Source: Selaginella moellendorffii (lineage: Eukaryota; Plantae; Lycopodiophyta). From it: DNA of 14,253 nt. The translations under genes and the position numbers were made by a program. The notes under the pieces were generated by a model, which was not told the origin of the DNA, ran no database searches, and was given only the letters and a program-made list of their open reading frames with translations. Location: assembly GCF_000143415.4 (NCBI RefSeq), contig NW_003314294.1:1459407-1473659 (forward strand), in the 5' to 3' direction. The number at the start of each line of letters is the position of its first letter. The stretch's first letter is position 1. Below, one piece after another: positions 1-8,797 of this stretch.

Positions 1-19
1 GGGGGGGGGGGGGGGGGGG
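1..19 (+). repeat. G homopolymer (at least G19) inside LTR A1
   Basis: Seen directly. The equivalent C13 tract (G13 on -) lies at 1602-1614 in LTR B. Confidence 0.95.
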
Positions 20-743
20 CTGCAGGGGGTTCCAAAAGTATAGTAGGGATAGTGAGGTCTAGGAACCAGTTTAGAAGGGACTCTCTAGTGGGGCTCCCAA
101 ACTGACTTGAGGTTGGGACTGGGACTGAGGGGCCTTGGGTGGGAGTAAGCATGGACTTGGTTGGTGCCGGAGGGGCCATCCAAGGAAGTGCTCAAGAGTA
201 GCTCCCACTCCTGAAAGGGAAACCGATTGCGGTGCTCCCGGCTCATGTGGAGTGGTGCCCCACTTGAGTACCATGCGGCTCATTGGTCCTCACCCTTCCT
301 AGGGGCTTGGGCCTTCCTTTGGGATGGAAGTGGGGGGTGAGAGGTACCCATACCGGGCCGCTAGGCCACGGTGTTTCGCCCCGGCGTCCTGAAGCAAGTG
401 TTGCACTCAAGACTTGGGATTTAGAGGGTCCCATGATCAAGTCTTGTGGTACCAAAGGATGTTAGGAACCTGGAAGCTTGGTGTGCTTGGCTGCTTGTGC
501 TTGCGGGGAGTGTAGCCGAACCTTAAGTCCAGTCTAACCCAGGGAGGGGGATTGGGAGTGATTTGGGAATCCGTGGATGGATGGCTAACACTCCGTTGCT
601 CGTGCAGTGAGTAGCTGAGACTAAGTAGGAGCTGGTACCATAGGCGAGAACCTTGGCAAGGGAACTTAGCAAAAGCCAAGGCGGTGTTGGACGGATAGAC
701 GAGGTAAGCTGGCAAATTGGAAAGGAAAAATTTGTGGCTTACA
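1..743 (+). mobile_element. 3' portion of an LTR (family A1, a diverged relative of A2), truncated by the window start; 3' LTR or solo LTR
   Basis: Ends GGAAAAATTTGTGGCTTACA (743), matching the end of the TSD-bounded solo LTR (GGAAAATTTAGTCGCTTACA on -). Shares collinear blocks with it: TCCAAAAGTATAGTAGGG (18/18), GAAGTG.TCAAGAG and ACGGTGTTTCG. No PBS follows, so CTAAC (744-748) is the predicted TSD. Confidence 0.8.
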
Positions 744-1029
744 CTAACATTAATCCTGCCAACTCAAAGTGCAACCTTGAGTTGCTAATGTGCTTCACTC
801 ACGAGCCCAAGCGTAAACTCGTGTAAACGGAACAACTTAATCCTTCTTATGAGCCCAAGAGCAAGCTCACATTATCACGGTACAAAAAGGTAACAAAAAC
901 CATACCCAAGGAACGATTGTGAAGCCTTTGCACGTAAACGTGTACCCACTTGGATCATCATTTTCATCTCTGCGTATGCAAAGAGACTAATTGCCCAATC
1001 TCATTGAATAGTACTCACTGAGACTCATT
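744..1029 (-). mobile_element. 5' leader (internal region) of LTR element B, interrupted by LTR A1
   Basis: Lies immediately downstream of the PBS on -, has no convincing ORF and stops abruptly at the CA end of A1. Confidence 0.75.
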
Positions 1030-1040
1030 CTCTGATACCA
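1030..1040 (-). promoter_or_regulatory. Primer-binding site complementary to initiator tRNA-Met
   Basis: The minus strand reads TGGTATCAGAG, 2 nt after the LTR end ...GCGCTACA. The canonical plant PBS is TGGTATCAGAGC. Confidence 0.92.
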
Positions 1041-1042
1041 AA

Positions 1043-2193
1043 TGTAGCGCACGTGGTTTTGACCCTTTATCCTATAGTGATTTACCATAGGATAACACCA
1101 CGAAGTGGAACCTAAACCCTCTTTATGCCACGTGACACATGCCATGTGTCACATGCCACGTGTCCATAGGACACATGGTGTGAAACCTGAGGTTCAGGGC
1201 CTTGGGCCACTGAACAAAGGAACATGGCCAAACTCCTAAGCATGGAGCCAAAGAGTGATGGAACTGAACCACGGAGCAACTCCCGAGTATAAAGCCCAAG
1301 GAGCGAAGGGACAGGAGCCCGGAGCGACTTAGAACAGTCCTAGAGTAACCAACATCCCAATGCCAGGACCAATACGCAAAACAGAGCCAAACGGAGTGTA
1401 GCGCTATTTTGGCATACCGGTGGCCTAACCCAAGGACATGGGTACTCCACTAGCTAGCATGGAATGGAACTTGGGCTTAGACCCAAGCCAGACGCAAAAC
1501 AAGGACAAGCACACAAGTGGGAGCTAGATTATGCCTCAGGTTGGTCGGCCATGCCCGACCTACCCACTATCCCTACTATACATTTGGAACCCCCTATAGC
1601 GCCCCCCCCCCCCCTTGAGGAACACATGCTTTGAGCTTTCACCCCAAGCTTCCCTTAGTATCAGGAGTTAGTCTCTGGGACAAACTTGAAACTTACTAAA
1701 TTTGGAATGTCCCTAGATTGTGAATTTGGACACGAGATGAACACCATTGTGTTCAGGCCGATCTCTACATTCCGTAGATATGCCAAATGAGCAAATCTGA
1801 ACACTTTCCATAAATAGCATTTGGGACCGAAATGAGACTAACACAAAAGGCATGATAGCAAGGGTGTTTGGCAGACACGGTAAGTTATCATCCAGTGATA
1901 TTAAGGGACCAATCTCAATACGCAAGGGTTCTTGTCACTAGCAAATGCAAGACAAAACAAGACGGGAACTCCTTACCAGGCTAAGTATGTTTAGCTAATA
2001 ACACGTAGGAATTCTGTCCTTATGCTCGTCCAGTCTAAGTACACTTGAAATGCCCAGTTAACTCCACTAACACAAGAGGGACTGATAAAGGGTCCAGCAA
2101 TACCGACCTCCTGCCATCGTGGTAGTAAGGTAAGAGTGTCCGTAAGGACTGATCGACAATTAACTTTTGATACCCAAAGTCACATTTGCGACA
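1043..2193 (-). mobile_element. 5' LTR (1151 bp) of LTR retrotransposon B; superfamily not determinable
   Basis: TG...CA termini with an imperfect terminal inverted repeat (TGTAGCGCACGTG / CACATTTGCGACA, 9/13) and an adjacent PBS. Family-C homology starts exactly at 2194, so GAGGG is the predicted TSD. Confidence 0.88.
1571..1588 (-). promoter_or_regulatory. Conserved LTR motif TCCAAA(A/T)GTATAGTAGGG, a candidate core-promoter or processing signal; copies at 31-48 (+) and 8550-8567 (-)
   Basis: 17-18/18 identity among three otherwise dissimilar LTRs. The function is inferred only. Confidence 0.45.
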
Positions 2194-3478
2194 GAGGGTG
2201 TTTCCCATTGGACCATGGCCCATGCCTTGGATTTTGTGCTCAGGCTGCATTGCCATTTGTATGGAGGTTTCTCGCTTGGCCCAGTCTATGTTTTAGGTTC
2301 TTTAGCCCTTCCTTTACCATTACTACACCCCACACATTCCCCTCACTCATTCTATATCATTTACACTCACAATAACATCACCAATCACTTCCAACAACAT
2401 TGCCTGCACTTATCTCTAGATGCCCGTCTTGCATCTTTCATTCTTTCACCATCATTCACATCTCTGTTTGAGGTCACATTTACACTATACCACGGACACA
2501 CATATGTGCACCAGCAGTAGAAGACACCACCTCATTTGGACATGCCGTTTCCAAGATACCCTTATAACCATTTGCCGACAATGTGCTAGCTTTTTTGGAG
2601 TGACCTTCTTCCAACCAGGTGAACCTGTTCACTCAAGGCACCTCGGTGGATCTTTAGGCAAGGCCACAGAAGCCAAAGCCACTTTCTTTTGCTCCAGCAC
2701 TCAGTGGACACATGCCACCTTCCTTTACCAGTAACCCAGCAACCACACCGTCCTTTTCAGCTATTGTCTTCTTCAGTTTGACACATTAGACCATTGGCCT
2801 AACACTTTAAGAGATGGCCACCTTTTTGGCACTCCACCATATCAGTACTGGGGCAGGCGTAGGAGTAGGAGCGAGAGGAGGGGGTTACCGATTATGGGTC
2901 CTTAGTTATTGGTTACTAGTTACCGGCTACTTCGAGAGGTCAACACTTACTCTACGGGCTAATGGTTATCAATGGCCACCTTTTCAGAGTGCCACCACCA
3001 TCTTGGTGCTTCACTATATCACTCCATCTTTCATCATTTTCACACTTACCACCCTTGGGCAATGCATCCCCTCTTTTACCTTTCTTTCTTTCTTGATTTC
3101 AGCCAATCCTTGGAACATACTAGAAGTCATCAAGAGGCTGCATTTGCATATTATACTTTCCTGAGCTGAAGTCTGGGTACGAGTCAAGTTCTTTGGGTAC
3201 TCATTTTTTTTTTCCTCTATTTTCCTCCTCTTTTCACACTTTTTCTGTACTTTTTCTTTAACTTCAGAGTCCAGTTTGACTACAGCGTTTCTCACTGGGT
3301 TTTCCTCCCTATCTTCAAACTTCACACCTACCTCTTTTCTTTCTTTCTCCACTTTGTTTTCTAGAGTTTCTATTATTTCACGCAGTTACCAGCACTTGGC
3401 ATCAGTAGCAGAGGTACACTCTACACTCTTAGGAGGGTTCTCACGTGTCTGGAGCCAGTGCAATCCACTGTGGTCACA
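2194..3478 (+). mobile_element. 3' internal region of short-LTR element C1
   Basis: Collinear reverse-complement homolog of ~5384-6474 in C2, including one copy of the 278-bp unit, plus an extra insertion/duplication at 2814-2971. Confidence 0.9.
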
Positions 3479-3666
3479 TGTTAGGGTGTGGCTATTGAGA
3501 GAGTGAGAGAGAGAGAGAGGGAATATTCTGGTCCTCAAAATATTCCCTGTCTTCCTTGTATAAAACCCTTGCCTCACAAGGGCAAGAGGGGCATTTTGTG
3601 AAGAGCATTAAAGCATTTCTCGTGTTTGAGCGAGCATTGGGGGAGGCACCCCTCCTTCCCCCAACA
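3479..3666 (+). mobile_element. 3' LTR of C1 (188 bp)
   Basis: TGTTAGGG...CCCCAACA termini, a GA repeat (3497-3520) and TATAAAA at 3559-3565. Homologous to 5214-5383 and 13175-13314. Confidence 0.85.
3559..3565 (+). promoter_or_regulatory. TATA box in the family-C LTR
   Basis: TATAAAA is conserved in all three C LTR copies (TTTTATA on + in the two C2 LTRs), in the orientation defined by the PBS and gag. Confidence 0.65.
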
Positions 3667-4513
3667 ATATATCCACGGAAGAGTCCAAAACTAAAGTGAA
3701 TATGGACAGACAAGCAAGGTAGCTTAAAGTGTTCAAGAGCCAGCTCTAGCTCCCCAAGGAGATCGAATGGTCGATGCTCCTAGTCCAAGTGTGGGTGGCA
3801 CTACCTACTTGGATACCTAGCGTGGCTTAACAGAACCTCGCTCTAGCCCCATAGCTAGAGCACCCAAAGGTGGAAGGTGGGGAGAGTACCCATGAGGTTT
3901 GTGTAGGGCTACGGTGTTTCGAAATGTTATCATAAAGTCCTAGATTGTGGAAAGGAAGAAAAGCAATCCTTTAGTGTAGTGACCAAGGATATGGTCACGT
4001 GGTGAGGAAGTCCCAAAGGACAGTGGGACTTAGTGGTCAGGCCTGTGGACTTTGACCCAGTGGCAATGTTGGCAAACACAGCCATGGACAGAAAAAGGGA
4101 CCTGGTGAGAATTATAAAAGGGATATTAGGGAAGGTTGTTCCCTATATCTACAGGCATTCTAAGGATGCTAAAGAGTGGATCTAGGATGATCACTCATGG
4201 ATGAATAGCCTAGTCTTTGAGAGACATGACTATGATGTAGGTGGTGTTAGACCATCAGTATGACAAAAATGAATGAGCATAGCCTTAGCGTAATGAGCTG
4301 ATATGTCGGTGGTACTTTTAGGTGTCGATCATAAAATCAGACATGTGGAGCACTTGGACCAAGTGCATAGATTGAGTGGCATGGATACCATTCTTAGGGC
4401 TAACAAACCCCAAGTCCGGAATAAGACTTATGGAGATTATGAGTGAGACTCCTTCAAGTGATCGGAGGTGTGGTTAAATGATTAAAGTAGAATGAAAAAT
4501 TTAGTCTTTTATA
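3667..4513 (+). mobile_element. 3' part of an A2-family LTR, interrupted at its left edge by C1
   Basis: Reverse-complement homolog of 7626-~8470. Ends ATTTAGTCTTTTATA, a decayed ATTTAGTCGCTTACA. Homology begins within a few nt of the C1 LTR end. Confidence 0.88.
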
Positions 4514-4915
4514 GTTTATATACGATTCTAATATCAAATCTAGCAAGCTTCTCATGCTAACAAACTTGCTTGGGCAAAAACTTTGGTTATATTGCAAAGT
4601 AGCTTAGTGTGTTACTTTTTGTATAAACCTTAGTATGTCCACCCAAATAGTGTCTCTAATGTTTTAATACTGACACTATAGCAAACATCTCTTTTTCATG
4701 TTTTTTGGCCATCTTTGATGGGTTTCATCTAATTTCTTGTGGTTCTTAGAGAAGACCTGAGTGATGCATTTGGGCAGACATCAATAAGAAAGAATGGGCC
4801 AAAGAGGAGGTGGCAAAAGGATTTTGTCCAGCTTTCAGTAGACTTGTAGGAGGAGTTGCAACTATATCACTAGCAATAGCCACACTAGGAGCTAGGTTAC
4901 TAGAAGGATTGGTGA

Positions 4916-5002
4916 AAATGCTAGGGACCTCCCCGGCTTTTCGAGACCATAAACAACCATAAAGGCAGCTCTCTTGAAAAGTTGGGGAGGTCCCTAGCAT
5001 TT
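4916..5002. repeat. Inverted repeat / hairpin with 31-bp arms and a 25-nt loop
   Basis: AAATGCTAGGGACCTCCCCGGCTTTTCGAGA (4916-4946) pairs with TCTTGAAAAGTTGGGGAGGTCCCTAGCATTT (4972-5002): 28 Watson-Crick pairs plus 3 G:T. Confidence 0.95.
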
Positions 5003-5213
5003 CATAGCTCTCTCATAAAGGGTGGTCAATGCATTAGATTCTTCAATGAGGAAGAATTCCAGAATTGGAGATTTGTAGTGAACCAAAAAAAGCCATCACA
5101 TGATGATTTTATCTCCTTTCATAAGGCTAAAGAGTCTTATAAAGGAAGAGGGTATGGATTCTAGCCAACATTTGGCAAAGGCAAAGCAATTTCACAATGC
5201 TACAACAGGAGGT

Positions 5214-5383
5214 TGTTGGGGGAAGGAGGGGCACCTCCCCCAACACTTGCTCAAACATGAGAAATGCTCCAATGCTCTTCACAAATGCCCCCCTTTTGCC
5301 CTTGTGGGGCAAGGGTTTTATACAAGAAAGATAAGGAATATTCCTTCTCTCTCTCATACTCTCTAAGTGGCTATGCCCTAACA
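5214..5383 (-). mobile_element. 3' LTR of C2 (170 bp)
   Basis: Plus strand reads TGTTGGGG...CCCTAACA. Homologous to 13175-13304 and to the reverse complement of 3479-3666. The outer flank is GAGGT (5209-5213). Confidence 0.88.
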
Positions 5384-6205
5384 TGTGACCATGGTGGATC
5401 GCGTTGACTCTAGACATACAAGAACCCTTCGAAGAGTGTAGAGTGTATCTCTGCTACTGATGCCAAGTGTTGGTAACTATGTGAAATGGTAGAAACTTTG
5501 GAAAATAAAGTGGGAAAAGAAAGAAAAGAGGTAGGCGTGAATTTTGAAGATAGAGAGGAAAACTCAATGGGAAACCCTGTAGTCAAACTAGACCCTAATG
5601 TAAAAGAAAAAGTGAAGAAAAATAGAAGGAAAAAAGTGAGTACCCAAAGAACTTAACTCATACCTGGATTTTAGCTCAGGAAAGTGTAATATGCGAATGT
5701 AGCCTTGTGATGACTTCATTTATGCTCCAAGGATTAGGTGAAATCAAGAAAGAAAGATAGCTAGAAGAGGGGATGCATTGCCCAAAGGTGCAAAGTGTAG
5801 AAATGATGAAAGATGGAGTGATATGGTGGAGTGCCGAGATGGTGGTGGCACTCTAAGAAGGTGGCCATCTCTGAAAGTGTCAAGCTTATGGTCTAATATG
5901 TCAAATTGAAGAAAACCGCAGCTAAAAAGGACGGTATAGTCACTGGATCATCGATAAAGAGAGGTGGCATGTGCCCACTGAGTGCTAGAGCAGGTAGCTT
6001 TTGTGGCCTTGCCTAAGAATCCATCTAGATACCTTGAGTGAATAGGTTCACGTGGTTGGAAGAAAGTCGCTTTAGAAAAGCTAGCATATCATCTATAAAT
6101 GGTCGAAATGATATCTCAAAAATAGCACATCCAAATGAAGTGATGTCTTTTGCTGTTGGTGTATGTATATGTGTCCCTAGTATGGTGTAAGTATGACCTC
6201 AACAA

Positions 6206-7041
6206 AAGATGTGGATGATGGCGAAAGAATGAAGAATGCAAGATGGGCATCTGGAAATAAGTGCAGGCAATACTGTTGGAAGTCATTGGTGATGGATTTG
6301 TGAGTGTAGATGATATGAAATATGTATGGGGAATGTGTGGGGTAGAGTAATGGTAAGGGAAGGGCTGAAGAACCTGGAACATAACTTGAGCCAAGTGAGG
6401 AATTTCCATATAACAATAATATAGCCTAAGCACAAAATCCAAGGAAAAAGTCATGGTCCAGTGGAGAAACACCCTCTGAAAATAAGATGTGGATGATGGT
6501 GAAAGAATGAATAATGCAAAATGGGCATCTAGAAATAAGTGCAGGCAATATTGCTAGAAGTGATTGGTGATGGATCTGTGAGTGTAGATGATATTAAATG
6601 TGTCTGGGAAATGTGTGGGATAGAGTAATGGTAAGGGAAGGGTTGAAGAACCTAGAACATAACTTGAGCCAAGTGAGGAACCTCCATACAATGGTAATGT
6701 AACTTGAGCACAAAATCCAAGGCAAGAGCCATGGTCTAGTGGAGAAACACCCTCTAAAAATAAAGTGTGGATGATGGCGAAAGAATGAAAAATGCAAGAT
6801 GGGCATCTAGAAATAAGTGCGGTCAATACTGCTGGAAGTGATTGTGATGAATCTGTAAGTGTAGATGATATAAAATGTGTATAGGGAATGTGTGGGGTAG
6901 AGTAGTGGTAAGGGAAGGGCTGAAGAACCTAGAACATAACTTGAGCCAAGTGAAAAACCTCCATACAACAGTAATGTAGCCTGAGCACAAAATCCAAGGT
7001 AAGAGCCATCGTCCAGTGGAGAAACACCTTCTAAAAATAAG
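6206..7041. repeat. Tandem array of three ~278-bp units in the 3' region of C2
   Basis: The anchor GTGGAGAAACACC recurs at 6461, 6739 and 7016 (periods 278 and 277). Unit starts are at about 6206, 6484 and 6762. Confidence 0.95.
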
Positions 7042-8617
7042 AAAAGAAGCTGAAAAAGTAAAGCAAAAGAAAGGAAGCAAAAGAAAAAGAACTTGTTAAC
7101 CATATCTCTAGGGGCATCTCCCACTTAGTGGTGTGTCTAAGTCAGCCTCCCCAAATATGAGCCCAAAGAGAAGAAGAATACCTCACTAGATGAAGCATTT
7201 GAGATGAGAGTGGTTGTGAGCATATGAGAGCTCACATCCATTAGCATTGACTAGCACCTATGCTCCACTCCAATATGTCGTTGGACAAAGTAGGGGCCAA
7301 TCTAGCGAGGAGAGAACTTTGAAAGTGTGAAAGGAGAGAATGTTGTTGTTGAACTTGGGGCCTTTATCCCTTGCTCTCTCTGCTTCTAATGGTCTAAACA
7401 TGTCTCTCCAATACATGGACTAAAGCCAAGTATTTTACTAATGAAGGAAGATCTTCCATTGAAGTTGAGTCCAAGACTAGGGCTGAATCTTCAATGAAAT
7501 AAACTTGGACCTGTATTAGGGGCTCCACAATAGGAAATTTTGAATTCAAAGAGCTATAACTTGCATGCAGCACATCCGATTGGCTTGACTCTTTATGCCA
7601 GCTGTGTGCCTAGATATTACCCTTCTGTAAGCGACTAAATTTTCCATTCTAATTTAGTCACATAACCACACCTCCAACCACTTGGAGGAGTCTCATTCAC
7701 AACCTCCATAAGTCCCATTCAGGACTTGGGGCTTGCTAGCCCCAAAAATGGCATCCATGCCACTCAACCTTTGCACTTGGTCCAAGTGCTCCACGTGTCC
7801 GATCCCATGATCGACACCCCAAGGTACCACCAACATACCAGGCCATTACGCTAGGCCATGCCCATTCATCTTGGTCACATCGGTGGTCCAACACCACCTG
7901 CATTGCAATCCCGTCTCTCCAAGACTGGGCCATCCATCCATGAGTGGTCATCCTAGATCCACTCCTTAGCATCCTTAGGATGCCTGCAGACATGGGGAAT
8001 AACCTTCCCCAATATCTCCTTTTTGGTCCCCACCAAGTCCCTTTCTGTCTATGGCCGTGATCGCCAACACTGCCACTAGATCAAGGCCCACAAACTTGAC
8101 CACTAAGTCCTACTATCCTTTAAGACTTCCTCACTGTGTGACTGTGTCCTTAGTCACCACACCAGAGGGCTACTCCTCTTCCTTTCCACAGTCTGGGACT
8201 TTGGAACAGCATTTCGAAACACCGTAACCCTACGCAAGCCTCATAGGTACTCTCCCCACCTTCTACTTTTGGGTGCTCTAGCCATGGGCTTAGAGCGAGG
8301 TTCCGTTAAGCCACATCAAGTATCCAAGTAGGTAGTGCCACCCACACTTGGACTAGGAACATCGACCAGTCGATCTCCCGAGGGAACTAGAGCCGGCTCT
8401 TGAACACTTCACCAAGCTACCCCACTTGTCGATCTGTGTTCACTTTAGTCTTGGACTTCCCAGTGGGCAGCTCATCACCCAACACTGGGTACAGCCTTCC
8501 TAGGCCAAATTGGCCTTTCCTGGTTAAACTGGCTCTGCTGTAGTCCTCCCCCTACTATACTTTTGGAGCTCACCAAACCCCCTAGGGTCGGGGAGACGAA
8601 GGCTTTGGGCTTTCACC

Positions 8618-8797
8618 CTCAGACTTGAACTCGAACTCGGACTCAGACTCAGACTTGGACTCGGACTCGGGCTTGGTCTCAGCCTCGGCCTCAACCTCGG
8701 TCTCGGTCTCGGTCTCGGTCTCAGTCTCGGTCCCGATCTCGGTCTCAGTCTTGGTCCCGGTCCAAGTCTCGGTCTTGGTCCCAGTCTCAGTCTCGAC
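8618..8797. repeat. Degenerate hexamer repeat (CTCGGA/CTCGGT/CTCAGT), ~30 units
   Basis: Seen directly, e.g. CTCGGTCTCGGTCTCGGTCTCGGT at ~8696-8719. Confidence 0.95.

Noticed and set aside
1397-1406. Second TGTAGCGC as the end of another nested LTR
   Set aside because: No matching opposite terminus with a CGGAG TSD and no PBS or PPT were found. It is treated as an internal echo of the terminus.
1-1614. DNA transposon with ~50-bp terminal inverted repeats (1-54 / 1565-1614)
   Set aside because: Each arm lies inside a separately bounded LTR of opposite orientation, and the motif recurs in a third LTR at 8550-8567.
2136-2734. Overlapping 79-117 aa ORFs as an env-like or membrane protein
   Set aside because: All three frames are partly open, homologous units shift frame, and no recognisable domain is present. 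It is kept only as a caveat under the tandem-array finding.
3014-3352. Lys/Glu-rich 112-aa ORF on -
   Set aside because: It is a by-product of a pyrimidine-rich 3' UTR. The homologous C2 region (5500-5830) has indels and no equivalent ORF in the track.
3479-3666. Cassandra TRIM (5S rRNA-containing LTR) or a tRNA/SINE
   Set aside because: No 5S similarity or pol III A/B/C boxes were recognised. The LTR has a pol II TATA and belongs to a ~6-kb gag-bearing element.
4972-4995. miR395-like sequence in the hairpin arm
   Set aside because: The resemblance to CTGAAGTGTTTGGGGGAACTC is only superficial, with too many mismatches.
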